From positions 1-53,366 of the forward strand of contig JAYZBQ010000063.1 in the NCBI GenBank assembly GCA_036338695.1: a stretch of 53,366 bases of DNA, given 5' to 3'. The notes beneath the pieces are model-generated. The model worked only from the letters and a program-made list of their open reading frames with translations, did not search any database and had not been told where the DNA came from. Made by a program: the position numbers and the translations under genes. This DNA comes from Myxococcota bacterium (GTDB lineage Bacteria; Myxococcota; UBA4151). The number at the start of each line of letters is the position of its first letter. Position 1 is the stretch's first letter. Positions 1-9,051 of the stretch are shown in pieces.

Positions 1-1683
1 AATGGCGGCTGCGAGGTCGGTCTCGTAGGTCTTGAGCGCCCGCGGCGCGTCGTTGCGGCGCGCCGACGACATCGACTTAATGGCGCGCACGGCGCGGCGG
101 AAGCTCGGTCCCCAGTTCATGGCGACGTCGTTGAAGTCCTCAAAGGCACCATCTTGCGTGCGAGCGTCCCAGTAGGCCTTAGCGACCGTCACGTGGGTGA
201 TGGCGTCGTCGAGATCATCCTCAAAGTCTTCGCCGTCACCATCCACGGCGCGCAGGCGCCCCAAGATGTAGGTCAAAGAAGCCGGGTAGTCGCGAGGCTG
301 CGCCGTCACGGTTCCCAAGCTGAAGTTTCGGCTGGCGTAGCCATTGATCACTTTGAGGCAGTAGGAGGTATTACGCCGCGCCGCATCGCCCGTGTAGTTA
401 CGCGTCACCGAGCGGCTGTTCCACGCCACCGCTTCGCGGTTGACACGGGTACCGGAACAGTTGGCGGTGGGGTAAAGCTCCGTAAAGGTGCCTGCGCCCG
501 GGTTCGCATTAAAGCGCACCACGGCACGGATCGATGGAGCGTATTGATCAATGTCCGCGCTGACCGAACCGATCGCCGAAGCCACCGTGACGACCCTTGA
601 GGCGGTCAGGTTGCCAGCATCTGTAGCGGTCACCTTGACGCAGTACTTCACGCCACGCTTTAGGTTGTTCCAGTTGTTGGTGTTTTGCCAGGTGTACGAG
701 AAGTTGGTGTTCGCTGCGAGGGTGTTGTTGGCGACCCGAGTACCCCCACTGCACGCCGTCTGTCCGTTCGGGATCTGACTGTTTTCGAAGAGCTCGACGC
801 GAGCGGTCGCGCGCTGCGAGAAACGCCAGGTGGCGCGCAGCGCCGGCACGGCATTATCTGAGACGCTCAGCGCCAGATTCTGCACCTCGGCGCCACGCCC
901 GAAGTTAATCAGCTGACGCTGCTCCGCTGCGGTCAAGTTGGCGAGCACCTCATTGGGCAGCCTGACGATGCGCTCCGCCTCAGAGAAGCTCGCAGCCTGG
1001 TTCCGGTTCTGAGTCGTAAACAACATGAAGGTGACAGTGGCGTTGCCCGCCACCCTCACGTTGTTCCAGTCGATGTAAAGATTATCACCGCTGCGCCGGA
1101 CTGAACTAGGCGCTCGGCCTGCGCTGTTGCGATAAATAAAGGAGAGCGAGGGGTCCCCGCCCCCGTTCGAGTAGTCATCGGTCGCTAGCCAGGTGTCGCT
1201 CGTGCTCCAGCTCGTGTTTCCGTCTGATGTACGAGTAATTCGGGTTGCGCCGTCCGAGCCGAGGTTGCCGTAGATCCTAAAGTTGAGCGTCCTCGGGCTG
1301 CCGCTGGTGTTCCGAATGTTCCAGATGGTGCGGCCGTAGTTTCTTGAGTCTGCGTGACCAGAAGCCGGCACATAGACGCGCGCCGTGACATAAAACCCTG
1401 CGTAGCTGAAGGTCCCGGCCGAGCGCGCCCCACGGTTGGAGTACTCATAATAGCGGTAGGGGTAGCTCGGTGGTCGGAACGTTCGCCCATTGATCGTCGC
1501 GTAACCCCAACCATCAAACGCATCGATCGTGCCGTTACTCCAGTACCAGTAGTAGCTGTAGAGATCCCAATAGTAGCGATCTTGATCATAGAAGCGAGCG
1601 AAGTAGTGGCTCGATTGCGCCTGGTTCGGCCACAACGCCACAGCGGCTACGGCAATAAGCGAAAGTCGCAGGGTCTGGATCAT
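1..1683 (-). CDS. Large secreted protein, 3'-truncated by the window edge (>=561 aa); Tyr/Trp-rich N-terminal domain followed by Cys-paired beta-rich repeats
   Basis: Absent from the ORF track because no stop lies in the window. Manual translation from ATG 1683 (GGAG upstream) stays open to base 1: MIQTLRLSLIAVAAVALWPNQAQS (signal peptide-like), then YYWDLYSYYWYWSNGTIDAFDGWG...IYGNLGSDGATRI...TDDYSNGGGDP... Confidence 0.85.
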   Translation of the reverse strand, partial: MIQTLRLSLIAVAAVALWPNQAQSSHYFARFYDQDRYYWDLYSYYWYWSNGTIDAFDGWGYATINGRTFRPPSYPYRYYEYSNRGARSAGTFSYAGFYVTARVYVPASGHADSRNYGRTIWNIRNTSGSPRTLNFRIYGNLGSDGATRITRTSDGNTSWSTSDTWLATDDYSNGGGDPSLSFIYRNSAGRAPSSVRRSGDNLYIDWNNVRVAGNATVTFMLFTTQNRNQAASFSEAERIVRLPNEVLANLTAAEQRQLINFGRGAEVQNLALSVSDNAVPALRATWRFSQRATARVELFENSQIPNGQTACSGGTRVANNTLAANTNFSYTWQNTNNWNNLKRGVKYCVKVTATDAGNLTASRVVTVASAIGSVSADIDQYAPSIRAVVRFNANPGAGTFTELYPTANCSGTRVNREAVAWNSRSVTRNYTGDAARRNTSYCLKVINGYASRNFSLGTVTAQPRDYPASLTYILGRLRAVDGDGEDFEDDLDDAITHVTVAKAYWDARTQDGAFEDFNDVAMNWGPSFRRAVRAIKSMSSARRNDAPRALKTYETDLAAAI

Positions 1684-1744
1684 AACGTCGACACTCCAAT
1701 GCGCCACCCGAAACGCTCTTCGGCCAGCTGTTCAGAGGCATACA

Positions 1745-1760
1745 AGCAAGACTCGTGCCG
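1745..1760 (-). promoter_or_regulatory. Putative sigma54 (-24/-12) promoter
   Basis: Minus strand reads CGGCACGAGTCTTGCT (GG-N10-GC; consensus TGGCACG-N4-TTGC). Intergenic, about 60 nt upstream of ATG 1683. Confidence 0.7.
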
Positions 1761-1864
1761 CGCCGCAACCCGCTGCGACCAAAGAAAATCGACCCATCCC
1801 TGTAATTTTTGCCGCCCAAGGATCCTGCGACGACAAAATTTGGCACCCGCTTGGATCGAGCGCG

Positions 1865-2461
1865 CTAGATGTCGCGCTCCATCGCTGCCGCCGTGAACTT
1901 CCACAGGTAGTCAATCGCCGAGGCGACCGCATAGAAAATGCTGATGTAGACCAACGCGAGTCCGACGATATCGAGGCTGTAAACGGGCGCGCCGTCCCAC
2001 CAACCAAAGGGCGCCGACCCACCCGCCATCAAAAATGCCAAACCGATCATTTGGTAGGCTGTTTTCTCTTTACCCATCAGCCCGGCGGCGATGATCATCC
2101 CTTCCGCCGCTGCCATGCTGCGCAAGCCGCTGATCGTAAACTCCCGCCCGATCACCACCATCGGGATCCAGGCATCCAGCCGACCGAGCGGCACGAGCGC
2201 GATCATGACGGTTGAGACCAAGATCTTATCCGCCAGCGGATCCAACAGTTTCCCGAGCGCGGAGTCGAGCCCCATCCGCCGCGCCAAATAACCGTCGAGC
2301 ATATCGGTCAAAGCGGCTGCTAGAAACAGCGTCACCGCGGCAAGGTTGGTCAACGGCGAGTCTTGAACCAGGAGCCATACGACCGCCGGGATCGCAGCAA
2401 TTCGCGCCATCGTCAGATAGTTCGGTAGGTTGAACACCTCTCGGCGTAACGCGCTGCGCAT
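1865..2461 (-). CDS. pgsA: CDP-diacylglycerol--glycerol-3-phosphate 3-phosphatidyltransferase
   Basis: NLPNYLT start motif; CDP-alcohol phosphotransferase motif TDMLDGYLAR...GKLLDPLADK; REFTISGLR; hydrophobic helices. Confidence 0.93.
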   Translation of the reverse strand: MRSALRREVFNLPNYLTMARIAAIPAVVWLLVQDSPLTNLAAVTLFLAAALTDMLDGYLARRMGLDSALGKLLDPLADKILVSTVMIALVPLGRLDAWIPMVVIGREFTISGLRSMAAAEGMIIAAGLMGKEKTAYQMIGLAFLMAGGSAPFGWWDGAPVYSLDIVGLALVYISIFYAVASAIDYLWKFTAAAMERDI

Positions 2462-3495
2462 CAGGGTCTCTCCCCCGTCTCCGTAACGTCAAACGGCTCA
2501 AGGATACCAGACTTAGGTTGATCAAAGAGTTCGTCCAAGGCCGCGCACAGGACGTCCGGCGTTGCGCCAGGCTGGCGAACGTCCTCGCTGAGCGCCCGCC
2601 GCCACCGACGAGCGTTACGCTCCCCTGCGAACAGGTTGATCATCGGCGCAACCAACAACGCGAGCTTCACACCGCGTTGTTGCCAGGTACGAAGATAATC
2701 CAAGTGGTCGTAAACCGCCTGCTGGCGGGTCGCTACCGGGTCAACTTCCCCGTAAAAGACTGAGTCCGCGCGCGCAAAGATCCAAGGATCGTCGGTGGCG
2801 GCGCGCCCGATCATCACCGCGTCCACGACGTCTCGATGCGCCTGCGCCTGCTCCAAGGTCTTGATCCCGCCGTTGAGCTCAACCACCAGTTCCGGGCGCT
2901 CGCGCTTTAAGCGGTAGACGTCCTCGTAGCGCAGCGGGGGGACCTCACGGTTGGCTTTGGGGCTCAAGCCGTTGAGGCGAGCGATCCGAGCGTGCACCGT
3001 GAAACGCTGCGAACCAGCCTGCGCCACGCAGTCCACAAAATTCAACATGTCCTCGTAGCGTTCAAGCCCATCGATCCCGATCCGGTGCTTGACCGTCACC
3101 GGCAAGTCGGTCGCCCGCCGCATGGCAACGACTGCGTCGGCGACCACCTCTGGCTCGGCCATCAGCATCGCCCCAAAGCGCCCCTTTTGCACCCGCGGCG
3201 ACGGGCAGCCGACGTTGAGGTTGACCTCAGCATAGCCGAGCTCCTGCGCCAGCTCCGCGCAGCGCGCCAGCGCCTCCGGGTCATCGCCACCCACCTGCAG
3301 CGCGACCGGATCCTCCCAAGGTGAGAACCCAAGGACGCGCGCTCGATCGCCGCGCAGGATCGCTCCAGTCGTCAACATCTCGGTGTACAACAACGTCCGC
3401 CGCGTCAGCCGGCGGAAAAACGCGCGAAAGTGCCGGTGGGTGCGATCGACCATCGGCGCAACGCTCAGTGGAGGCACGAAGGGGCGGGCAGTCAT
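2461..3495 (-). CDS. dusA: tRNA-dihydrouridine(20/20a) synthase DusA
   Basis: SVAPM, LLYTEM, NLNVGCPSPRVQKGRFGA, VKHRIG, VHAR, NREVPPLRY, MIGRA motifs. Start moved to ATG 3495, which has a GGAGG RBS. Confidence 0.92.
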   Translation of the reverse strand: MTARPFVPPLSVAPMVDRTHRHFRAFFRRLTRRTLLYTEMLTTGAILRGDRARVLGFSPWEDPVALQVGGDDPEALARCAELAQELGYAEVNLNVGCPSPRVQKGRFGAMLMAEPEVVADAVVAMRRATDLPVTVKHRIGIDGLERYEDMLNFVDCVAQAGSQRFTVHARIARLNGLSPKANREVPPLRYEDVYRLKRERPELVVELNGGIKTLEQAQAHRDVVDAVMIGRAATDDPWIFARADSVFYGEVDPVATRQQAVYDHLDYLRTWQQRGVKLALLVAPMINLFAGERNARRWRRALSEDVRQPGATPDVLCAALDELFDQPKSGILEPFDVTETGERP

Positions 3496-3521
3496 CCTAG
3501 GTCCTCCACACTTCATCGCTT

Positions 3522-3549
3522 AACAACAAAGGCGCCCGGTCGGGCGCCT
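3522..3549 (-). terminator. Rho-independent terminator downstream of tRNA-Gly
   Basis: Minus strand AGGCGCCC-GACC-GGGCGCCT followed by TTGTTGTT, about 10 nt after the tRNA CCA end. Confidence 0.75.
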
Positions 3550-3558
3550 CGTCGTCTC

Positions 3559-3633
3559 TGGAGCGGGATATGAGATTCGAACTCACGACATTCTCGTTGG
3601 CAACGAGACACTCTACCACTGAGTTAATCCCGC
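3559..3633 (-). tRNA. tRNA-Gly (anticodon GCC)
   Basis: Minus strand GCGGGATTAACTCAGTGGTAGAGTGTCTCGTTGCCAACGAGAATGTCGTGAGTTCGAATCTCATATCCCGCTCCA: acceptor stem GCGGGAT/ATCCCGC, anticodon stem TCTCG/CGAGA with loop TTGCCAA, GTTCGAA T-loop, U discriminator, encoded CCA. Confidence 0.97.
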
Positions 3634-3688
3634 TCAATGGTCTCTGCGGCGCTTCTATGAAGAACGCCGCCGCAGAGCGCAAGCACTT

Positions 3689-4069
3689 TTAATCTTCGAT
3701 GTACTCCGACTCGTGACGCTCGGCCTCCTCCTTGGCTGCGATGGAGAGCGTCGTGACCGGCCGAAACTTGAGCCGCTCATAGCCGATGGGATCCCCCGTG
3801 ATCTCACAAAGGTCATACTCACCGCGCTCCATGCGCTCGAGGGCGTAATCGACCTTGCGCAACAGCCGGCGATCGCGCGCTCGAAACCGAGCGGCAAGCG
3901 CCAGCGCACCGTCCTCGTTGCTCTGATCCACATCATCACCGACCACACGCTCGCCGCCAGCCTTCGCCTCTTCAAGGTCAGCCTGGCCGGAAAGCAGCAG
4001 CCGGTCGCGCTCCTCGATCAGGATCTGCCGGAGCTCTTCCGTCTGTGCTTCAGTCAGTCGTTTCACCAT
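3689..4069 (-). CDS. dksA: DksA/TraR family transcription factor, one-Cys variant
   Basis: Coiled-coil tip GDDVDQS; R..LLRKVDYALERMERGEYDLCEITGDPIGYERLKFRPVTTLSIAAKE. Start at ATG 4069 with GAGG upstream. Confidence 0.85.
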   Translation of the reverse strand: MVKRLTEAQTEELRQILIEERDRLLLSGQADLEEAKAGGERVVGDDVDQSNEDGALALAARFRARDRRLLRKVDYALERMERGEYDLCEITGDPIGYERLKFRPVTTLSIAAKEEAERHESEYIED

Positions 4070-4185
4070 CCTGGTTCCTCTCATCAGGACTTCGCCTATA
4101 GCCGACCGAATCGTCCATGCAAAGTCCATACTGCGTCTTTTCGGGTGGCCGAGCCCGCTCTGTGGGAAGCCCCGTTTGAAACCGC

Positions 4186-5766
4186 TTAGAAGCCGCTTCG
4201 GCCGAAGCCGCTGCTGCCACGCGACCAGACCTGATACCAAGCCTTTTGCTGCGCTCGGCGGTTGCGCGCAAAGGTCGCCACGTCGGCGCGCACGCCCATC
4301 CCAAAGAACCCAACGCTGGTGGTGTAGGTGCCGTTGTTCTGAACCGTCACGGCGTCGAGCTCCGACTCAGCTGCGATCTGAGCGACGTTCCTCACGGGCA
4401 GCTGCCCGTTTGCGATCTCGATGGCCTGAGTGAACAGGTGAAGATAGCCCACATCCACCGAGTAGCCGCGGTCAGCGAAGCTAAAGCCGGCGCCGACACC
4501 GTAGCGCGGCCCTGGGTACAAAATCGCATCCGGCTGAGTGGTCGGCGAGAACTCCATCGAGCCACCCAGGCGCAACGCCACCCCGTTGGGAACGAGCCAG
4601 ATGTCGGTACCTAGGTGAAAGCTTTGAGCGCTCTGATAGGTGCGCCCATCGCCCATGTTGCCAAGCTCGACGCTCGTGTCTGCGTTCGCAGGGTCACCGA
4701 GCTGGTTGTACCAGCCAATCCCGTTCGCTGTCGGCGTAGCGCTTAGCTGCGTCTCGGCTGCCCAGTTCTCAAGCCGCCATTCGAACTCGAGGTCCCAATT
4801 GGTGAACTGATAGCGCATCCCTGCGCGGACCTGCAGCGGCGCGCCGTCACTCATCGTCGCCCCGGTCCCGTCGGAGGTGTCGCTGATCCCTCGGCGAGCG
4901 AAGACGGGTGAGGTGACATCCGCCTCGTCTCGCCACTCGAGGTCCAACACATCGATGGAGCCATCCGCTGCGTTACCGGTACCGCCCAGCGCCACCGAGA
5001 CCCCGATCTCGAGCCCAGCGAACAGACGCGACCAGAGCCCGACAGACGCCGTCGGGACGAAGGCGTTGTCCCCAAAGCCGATCGGCACGGTGCCCGTCAA
5101 GTCAACGATGTGGTCAAACGCAGCGTTCTCGAGGTGGCGTCCCGTCGTCGAGCCCGCCTCGCTCGCAGGGGTGGTGTTAATCATGAACCGGCGCACTTGC
5201 TTGAGCCGCTCCCAGTGAAGCCCGAGCCCGATGGCAAACCGCCGCCCAAACGCGCCGCCCAGACCGAAACTCAACTGTTCGCGCTCGTCGGCGCTGTGAA
5301 TCAGCCGGTAGCGAGCCGGGTTGCAGGCGAGGTAACTGTGGTTCTCTAGCGGAAGCTGCGTATACCCCATACCGATGCGAAAGCCCGACGTACCGAAGCC
5401 GTAGACCAAGCCTGCGCGCACCAAGCGATCCGACAGCGCGCTCTGCGATAGCCCGTTGCTCGTGGGCGCCGCCAGCGTGACACTGTTCAAGCCGAGCTGA
5501 TCAGGCTCCTCTAGGCTCTGGATGTGAGGACCGGAGCGGATGAACTCGCTCGCCTCGGAACCCATCGTCCACCCCATCGAGAAGCCAAAATTATCGGCCA
5601 TACCGAGCAACGCGGGGTTGACCTGCAGCGAGTTAACACCCCGCTCCGAGGTCACGGAGGCGCCTGCGCGCCCGCGATCTCGCACCGAGTCGCCTGGCAG
5701 AAAGCGGCCCGCCGCCCAACTCGGCGCCGCAAGCAACACAAAGCTCAGCCCGATCAGTCGGCTCAA
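4186..5766 (-). CDS. OmpP1/FadL-like outer-membrane beta-barrel protein
   Basis: Signal peptide, then a FadL-type N-terminus (AAGRFLPG...GRAGASV...LQVNPALL); alternating beta-strand pattern; late VDVGYLHLF strand. TTG start overlaps the upstream TGA. Confidence 0.65.
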   Translation of the reverse strand: MSRLIGLSFVLLAAPSWAAGRFLPGDSVRDRGRAGASVTSERGVNSLQVNPALLGMADNFGFSMGWTMGSEASEFIRSGPHIQSLEEPDQLGLNSVTLAAPTSNGLSQSALSDRLVRAGLVYGFGTSGFRIGMGYTQLPLENHSYLACNPARYRLIHSADEREQLSFGLGGAFGRRFAIGLGLHWERLKQVRRFMINTTPASEAGSTTGRHLENAAFDHIVDLTGTVPIGFGDNAFVPTASVGLWSRLFAGLEIGVSVALGGTGNAADGSIDVLDLEWRDEADVTSPVFARRGISDTSDGTGATMSDGAPLQVRAGMRYQFTNWDLEFEWRLENWAAETQLSATPTANGIGWYNQLGDPANADTSVELGNMGDGRTYQSAQSFHLGTDIWLVPNGVALRLGGSMEFSPTTQPDAILYPGPRYGVGAGFSFADRGYSVDVGYLHLFTQAIEIANGQLPVRNVAQIAAESELDAVTVQNNGTYTTSVGFFGMGVRADVATFARNRRAQQKAWYQVWSRGSSGFGRSGF

Positions 5767-7235
5767 CGCACCCCCAGCGCATAGCGCACACCCAGACCAA
5801 ACCGCTGGTGGTTGATGACGTAGTCACCATTCGCCGAGACGGTCTCGAGCCCGCTGTTCCCTTTAGCGACCTCGTCTGCGTGAAAAATGTTGGTGGTCCT
5901 CATGTTCGAATTCTGAACCGTGAGCTCCGCCGTCAGGGTGCGAAGATAATAGGCGTCCACGTGCAAGCCCTTCATGACCTCAACTCCGAAGCCGACGGTG
6001 AACCCCAGCTTCTCCCAATCGAGCCCGCCCGTGTCGAGCTCGACCAGCGGCGCCGCGGAGGATTCCCATTGCGAGCCCAAACGCATTTGGACCGGAATCT
6101 GTGTCCACGCCGCCGGCAGATCCCAGCGCGTCCCGAAGCGAACTCCGTATGTATTGTCCCAACGGCGCGGGAAGACGATATTTTCAAGACTAATTTGCTC
6201 GACCCCAGCATCGAACACCACGTTGTTGGGTACAAAGGTGAGGTTTCCAATCTCACCCCAAGCCTCATAGAACCCCTCGAGCGACACGTTCACGCGGTCG
6301 CCGAATTGCTGCGTTGCGCCCAATCGGATCATGTCCGGAAAACGCATCACCAGCGCGCCACCATCGTTTTGAATGATGCTCGCCGCTTGCGCCAGGCCGG
6401 GGCCGAGCTCAGCGTCTACCACGCCCTCAGCGATCACATTACCGCAGATCTTGCTCGCGCCGGTGCCCGTACACTTCTCCGTGAGCGGCCGCTGCCAGCT
6501 TGCGCCCAGACGTAAACCCTTGAACGGCGCAGCCCAAAACCCCAGGTTTGCGACCGGGATAAAGGCGTCCTGAACTTGAACGGTGGCGAGCGCGTCGAAC
6601 GCGGGGTCCTCGGTGCCAAAGAAATCACCGCTCAGCGTAAAATCCTGCCCGACGTCCAAGATGAAGTTAGCCAGCCCGATCCCGACACCCCATCGATCGG
6701 CGCCGTAAGCCGCCGACAGCTGCGCAATCGCCAGCGTGATGTTGTTGCTCACGGCGCTGTAACGCTGAGCGCCGTTCGGGTCCATCTTCCGCGCGGGTCC
6801 TTGGGGGCCGTAAACCGCCAGCCCGACGACCGTGTCCGGACGCACCGGCACCGCAAGACCGATAAACGGAATCTGCCGCGCCGGCGCCTCATCCAGTACC
6901 GGCTGGTCCGGCGAGCTACCGCAGCAGTTCGCCATCAGTGCGGCCTGCTGTCCTTCGCTCATGTCGGCGAGCCGCTCCGGCGGCACCAACCCTTCGCGGC
7001 TGCGCAGGTACGAGAAGCTCTCATCGAGCATCGTCCAGTCGAGTACGAGGTCCGCCTTACCCTTCGTCAGGCTCAGCATCGCCGGGTTGTACCAGTGACC
7101 GTAGCCAACCACCCCACCCGAGACGCCAGTCCCGCCCGCTGCGAGGTTCCCCACGCCGACTCCAGGACGAAAAAATCCAGCGCCCCAGCTTGGAGCGCTC
7201 GTCAGTAGAATTAGGACCCAGAGACATCGCAGCAT
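5763..7235 (-). CDS. OmpP1/FadL-like outer-membrane beta-barrel protein
   Basis: Signal peptide, then GAGFFRPGVG..LAAGG...WYNPAML, GLAVYGPQG, QRYS, FPDMIRLG and a terminal FGLGVRY strand. ATG 7235 with GAGGAG RBS. Confidence 0.75.
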   Translation of the reverse strand: MLRCLWVLILLTSAPSWGAGFFRPGVGVGNLAAGGTGVSGGVVGYGHWYNPAMLSLTKGKADLVLDWTMLDESFSYLRSREGLVPPERLADMSEGQQAALMANCCGSSPDQPVLDEAPARQIPFIGLAVPVRPDTVVGLAVYGPQGPARKMDPNGAQRYSAVSNNITLAIAQLSAAYGADRWGVGIGLANFILDVGQDFTLSGDFFGTEDPAFDALATVQVQDAFIPVANLGFWAAPFKGLRLGASWQRPLTEKCTGTGASKICGNVIAEGVVDAELGPGLAQAASIIQNDGGALVMRFPDMIRLGATQQFGDRVNVSLEGFYEAWGEIGNLTFVPNNVVFDAGVEQISLENIVFPRRWDNTYGVRFGTRWDLPAAWTQIPVQMRLGSQWESSAAPLVELDTGGLDWEKLGFTVGFGVEVMKGLHVDAYYLRTLTAELTVQNSNMRTTNIFHADEVAKGNSGLETVSANGDYVINHQRFGLGVRYALGVR

Positions 7236-7338
7236 CGGTTCTGCTCCTCGTTGCCTGCAGCTAACACCGCCGAGGTCAAACCGGCAAGAGTGGGCGGTGA
7301 CTTGCGTTGATCTCTGGCGCGAGCAAAGAAGCAGCATC

Positions 7339-8301
7339 ATGCGCGACCGCCTTCTTCAGATCAACGCCCTCCGTCAGAGCGCGCGCGCCGTGCTGAGCCA
7401 GCGCGGCCTCACCGAGGTGGTCACCCCCCTGTCCACCTTGATGCCTGGCGGTGAGACTCACCTTGAGGCGGTCCCCGTAACCCTCGAGAATCGCTCGGGG
7501 ACTCGCCGCCGCTTGTACCTCAGGACCAGCCCAGAGGTCTGGCATAAAAAACTCCTGGCGCAAGGCAGTGGACCCATCTTCGAGCTGGCTCCCTGCCTGC
7601 GGAACATGGAGGGCGGTCCCTGGCATGACCTCGAGTTTGAGATGCTCGAGTGGTATCGGCCGGGTGGCACCTTTGAAGACTTGATCGGTGACGTTGAGGC
7701 GCTTGTCGCTGCTGCCTATCGACTCGCGAAACGCCCCTCACCGACACTGCATCGCTGCGCAGTCTCAGAACTCTTTGAGCGCTTCGTCGGCTGCGAATTG
7801 GACCCTGAGTGCAGCGCTGCCGAGTTTCGATCGTCGCTCGGCGAGCAAGGAATCGCCTGCGCCGAAGACGACACCTGGGACGACGCCTTTTTCAGAGCCT
7901 GGATCAGTCAGGTCGAGCCCCAACTCCGAGGCCAAGGCTTAGTGGTCGTCGAGCGCTACCCCGCGTCGCAAGCGACCATGGCGAAGCTCTGCCCGAACGA
8001 CCCACGCTTTTGTCTGCGCTTCGAGGTCTATCTCGAGGGCTTAGAGCTCGCCAATGCGTTTGATGAGCTGACCGACGGAGCCGAGCAGCGAGCGCGGTTC
8101 GAGGCATGGCAGACCGAGCGTCAGCGGTTGGGCAAAGAACCCTTCCCTGCGGATGACGCCTTCTTTGAGGCGGTGGCGCAGCTCCCGCCCACCGTCGGCA
8201 TCGCGCTCGGCTTAGATCGCTTGATGGCACGAGCGATGGGCTCTACAAGCCTTTCGGCAACCCGAACCTTTAAGCTCGACGCCCTCCTGGAGCACCGTTG
8301 A
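7339..8301 (+). CDS. epmA: EF-P lysine aminoacylase EpmA (GenX/PoxA)
   Basis: EVVTP, HLE, LYLRTSPE..HKKLL, EFEMLEWY, YPASQA, RFEVY..GLELANAFDELTD..EQRARF, GIALGLDRL; no anticodon-binding domain. Confidence 0.92.
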   Translation: MRDRLLQINALRQSARAVLSQRGLTEVVTPLSTLMPGGETHLEAVPVTLENRSGTRRRLYLRTSPEVWHKKLLAQGSGPIFELAPCLRNMEGGPWHDLEFEMLEWYRPGGTFEDLIGDVEALVAAAYRLAKRPSPTLHRCAVSELFERFVGCELDPECSAAEFRSSLGEQGIACAEDDTWDDAFFRAWISQVEPQLRGQGLVVVERYPASQATMAKLCPNDPRFCLRFEVYLEGLELANAFDELTDGAEQRARFEAWQTERQRLGKEPFPADDAFFEAVAQLPPTVGIALGLDRLMARAMGSTSLSATRTFKLDALLEHR

Positions 8302-8954
8302 AACTTCGCGCCAAAACGAAAGGCCGCCTCAGGCACCACACCAACCCGCTCACCTACCGGGCCGACCAACTCGTCGTGCCGGATTGGGAGTCTGCGCTCG
8401 GCGGCCCCCCTCAAGAGCTCGACATCGGTATTGGACTTGGCGACTTCTTGTGTGACTACGCAGCGCTACACCCTCAACGCCGCATCGTCGGGCTCGAGGT
8501 GCGCGAGGCGTTCTGTGATGAGGCGCGCCTCCGCCTCGACCAGCGGGAGATTGACAACGCCGTCGTCGTCCATGTCGACGCCACGCGCTTTCTCGATCAG
8601 GTCCTGCCGGCTCACTGCATCGAACGAGCCTTCGTCAGCTTCCCGGATCCTTGGTTCAAAAAACGACATCACAAACGACGCCTGATCACCGGCGACTTTT
8701 TAAAGAAGCTGCACCGGGTCATGGTCGATCAGGGCGAGTTTCTGCTCCAGAGTGACAACGAAGACCTGGTCGAGTTCATGGTCCAGGCGATCGAGACCAG
8801 CCCGTACTTTGTTAACGAAAACGGAGCCTTCCAGACGGTGGAAGAGCCCTTCAGCGAAGCGAAAACGGAGCGCGAGGTGTACTACGCGAAGCGCAACCTC
8901 CCGGTCTGGCGCTACCGTTACCGTTGCCAAAAAGACGAACGGGACAGCGCATGA
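8298..8954 (+). CDS. trmB: tRNA (guanine-N7)-methyltransferase
   Basis: RHHTNP, LDIGIGLG, GLEVR, FPDPWFKKRHHKRR, QSD, TERE motifs. Confidence 0.93.
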   Translation: MKLRAKTKGRLRHHTNPLTYRADQLVVPDWESALGGPPQELDIGIGLGDFLCDYAALHPQRRIVGLEVREAFCDEARLRLDQREIDNAVVVHVDATRFLDQVLPAHCIERAFVSFPDPWFKKRHHKRRLITGDFLKKLHRVMVDQGEFLLQSDNEDLVEFMVQAIETSPYFVNENGAFQTVEEPFSEAKTEREVYYAKRNLPVWRYRYRCQKDERDSA

Positions 8955-8964
8955 GCTGTCCCGT
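8929..8964 (-). terminator. Hairpin terminator for tRNA-Cys, overlapping the trmB 3' end
   Basis: Perfect 10-bp inverted repeat ACGGGACAGC (8939-8948) / GCTGTCCCGT (8955-8964), with the trmB TGA in the loop. On the minus strand it is followed by TCGTCTTTTT. Confidence 0.7.
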
Positions 8965-9040
8965 GGAGGCGTTGACCGGATTCGAACCGGTGAATCACGG
9001 TTTTGCAAACCGCTCCCTTAGACCACTTGGGTACAACGCC
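8964..9040 (-). tRNA. tRNA-Cys (anticodon GCA)
   Basis: Minus strand GGCGTTGTACCCAAGTGGTCTAAGGGAGCGGTTTGCAAAACCGTGATTCACCGGTTCGAATCCGGTCAACGCCTCCA: acceptor stem GGCGTTG/CAACGCC, loop TTGCAAA, GTTCGAA T-loop, U discriminator, CCA. Confidence 0.97.
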
Positions 9041-9051
9041 GGTGGGAAAGC

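Noticed and set aside
1841..1856. Plus-strand sigma54 site TGGCACCCGCTTGG
   Set aside because: It lacks the -12 GC at the required spacing and points antisense into pgsA.
2461..9040. Genomic island at dusA, tRNA-Gly or tRNA-Cys (known integration hotspots)
   Set aside because: No integrase gene, no duplicated tRNA 3' end seen, and the flanking genes are housekeeping genes.
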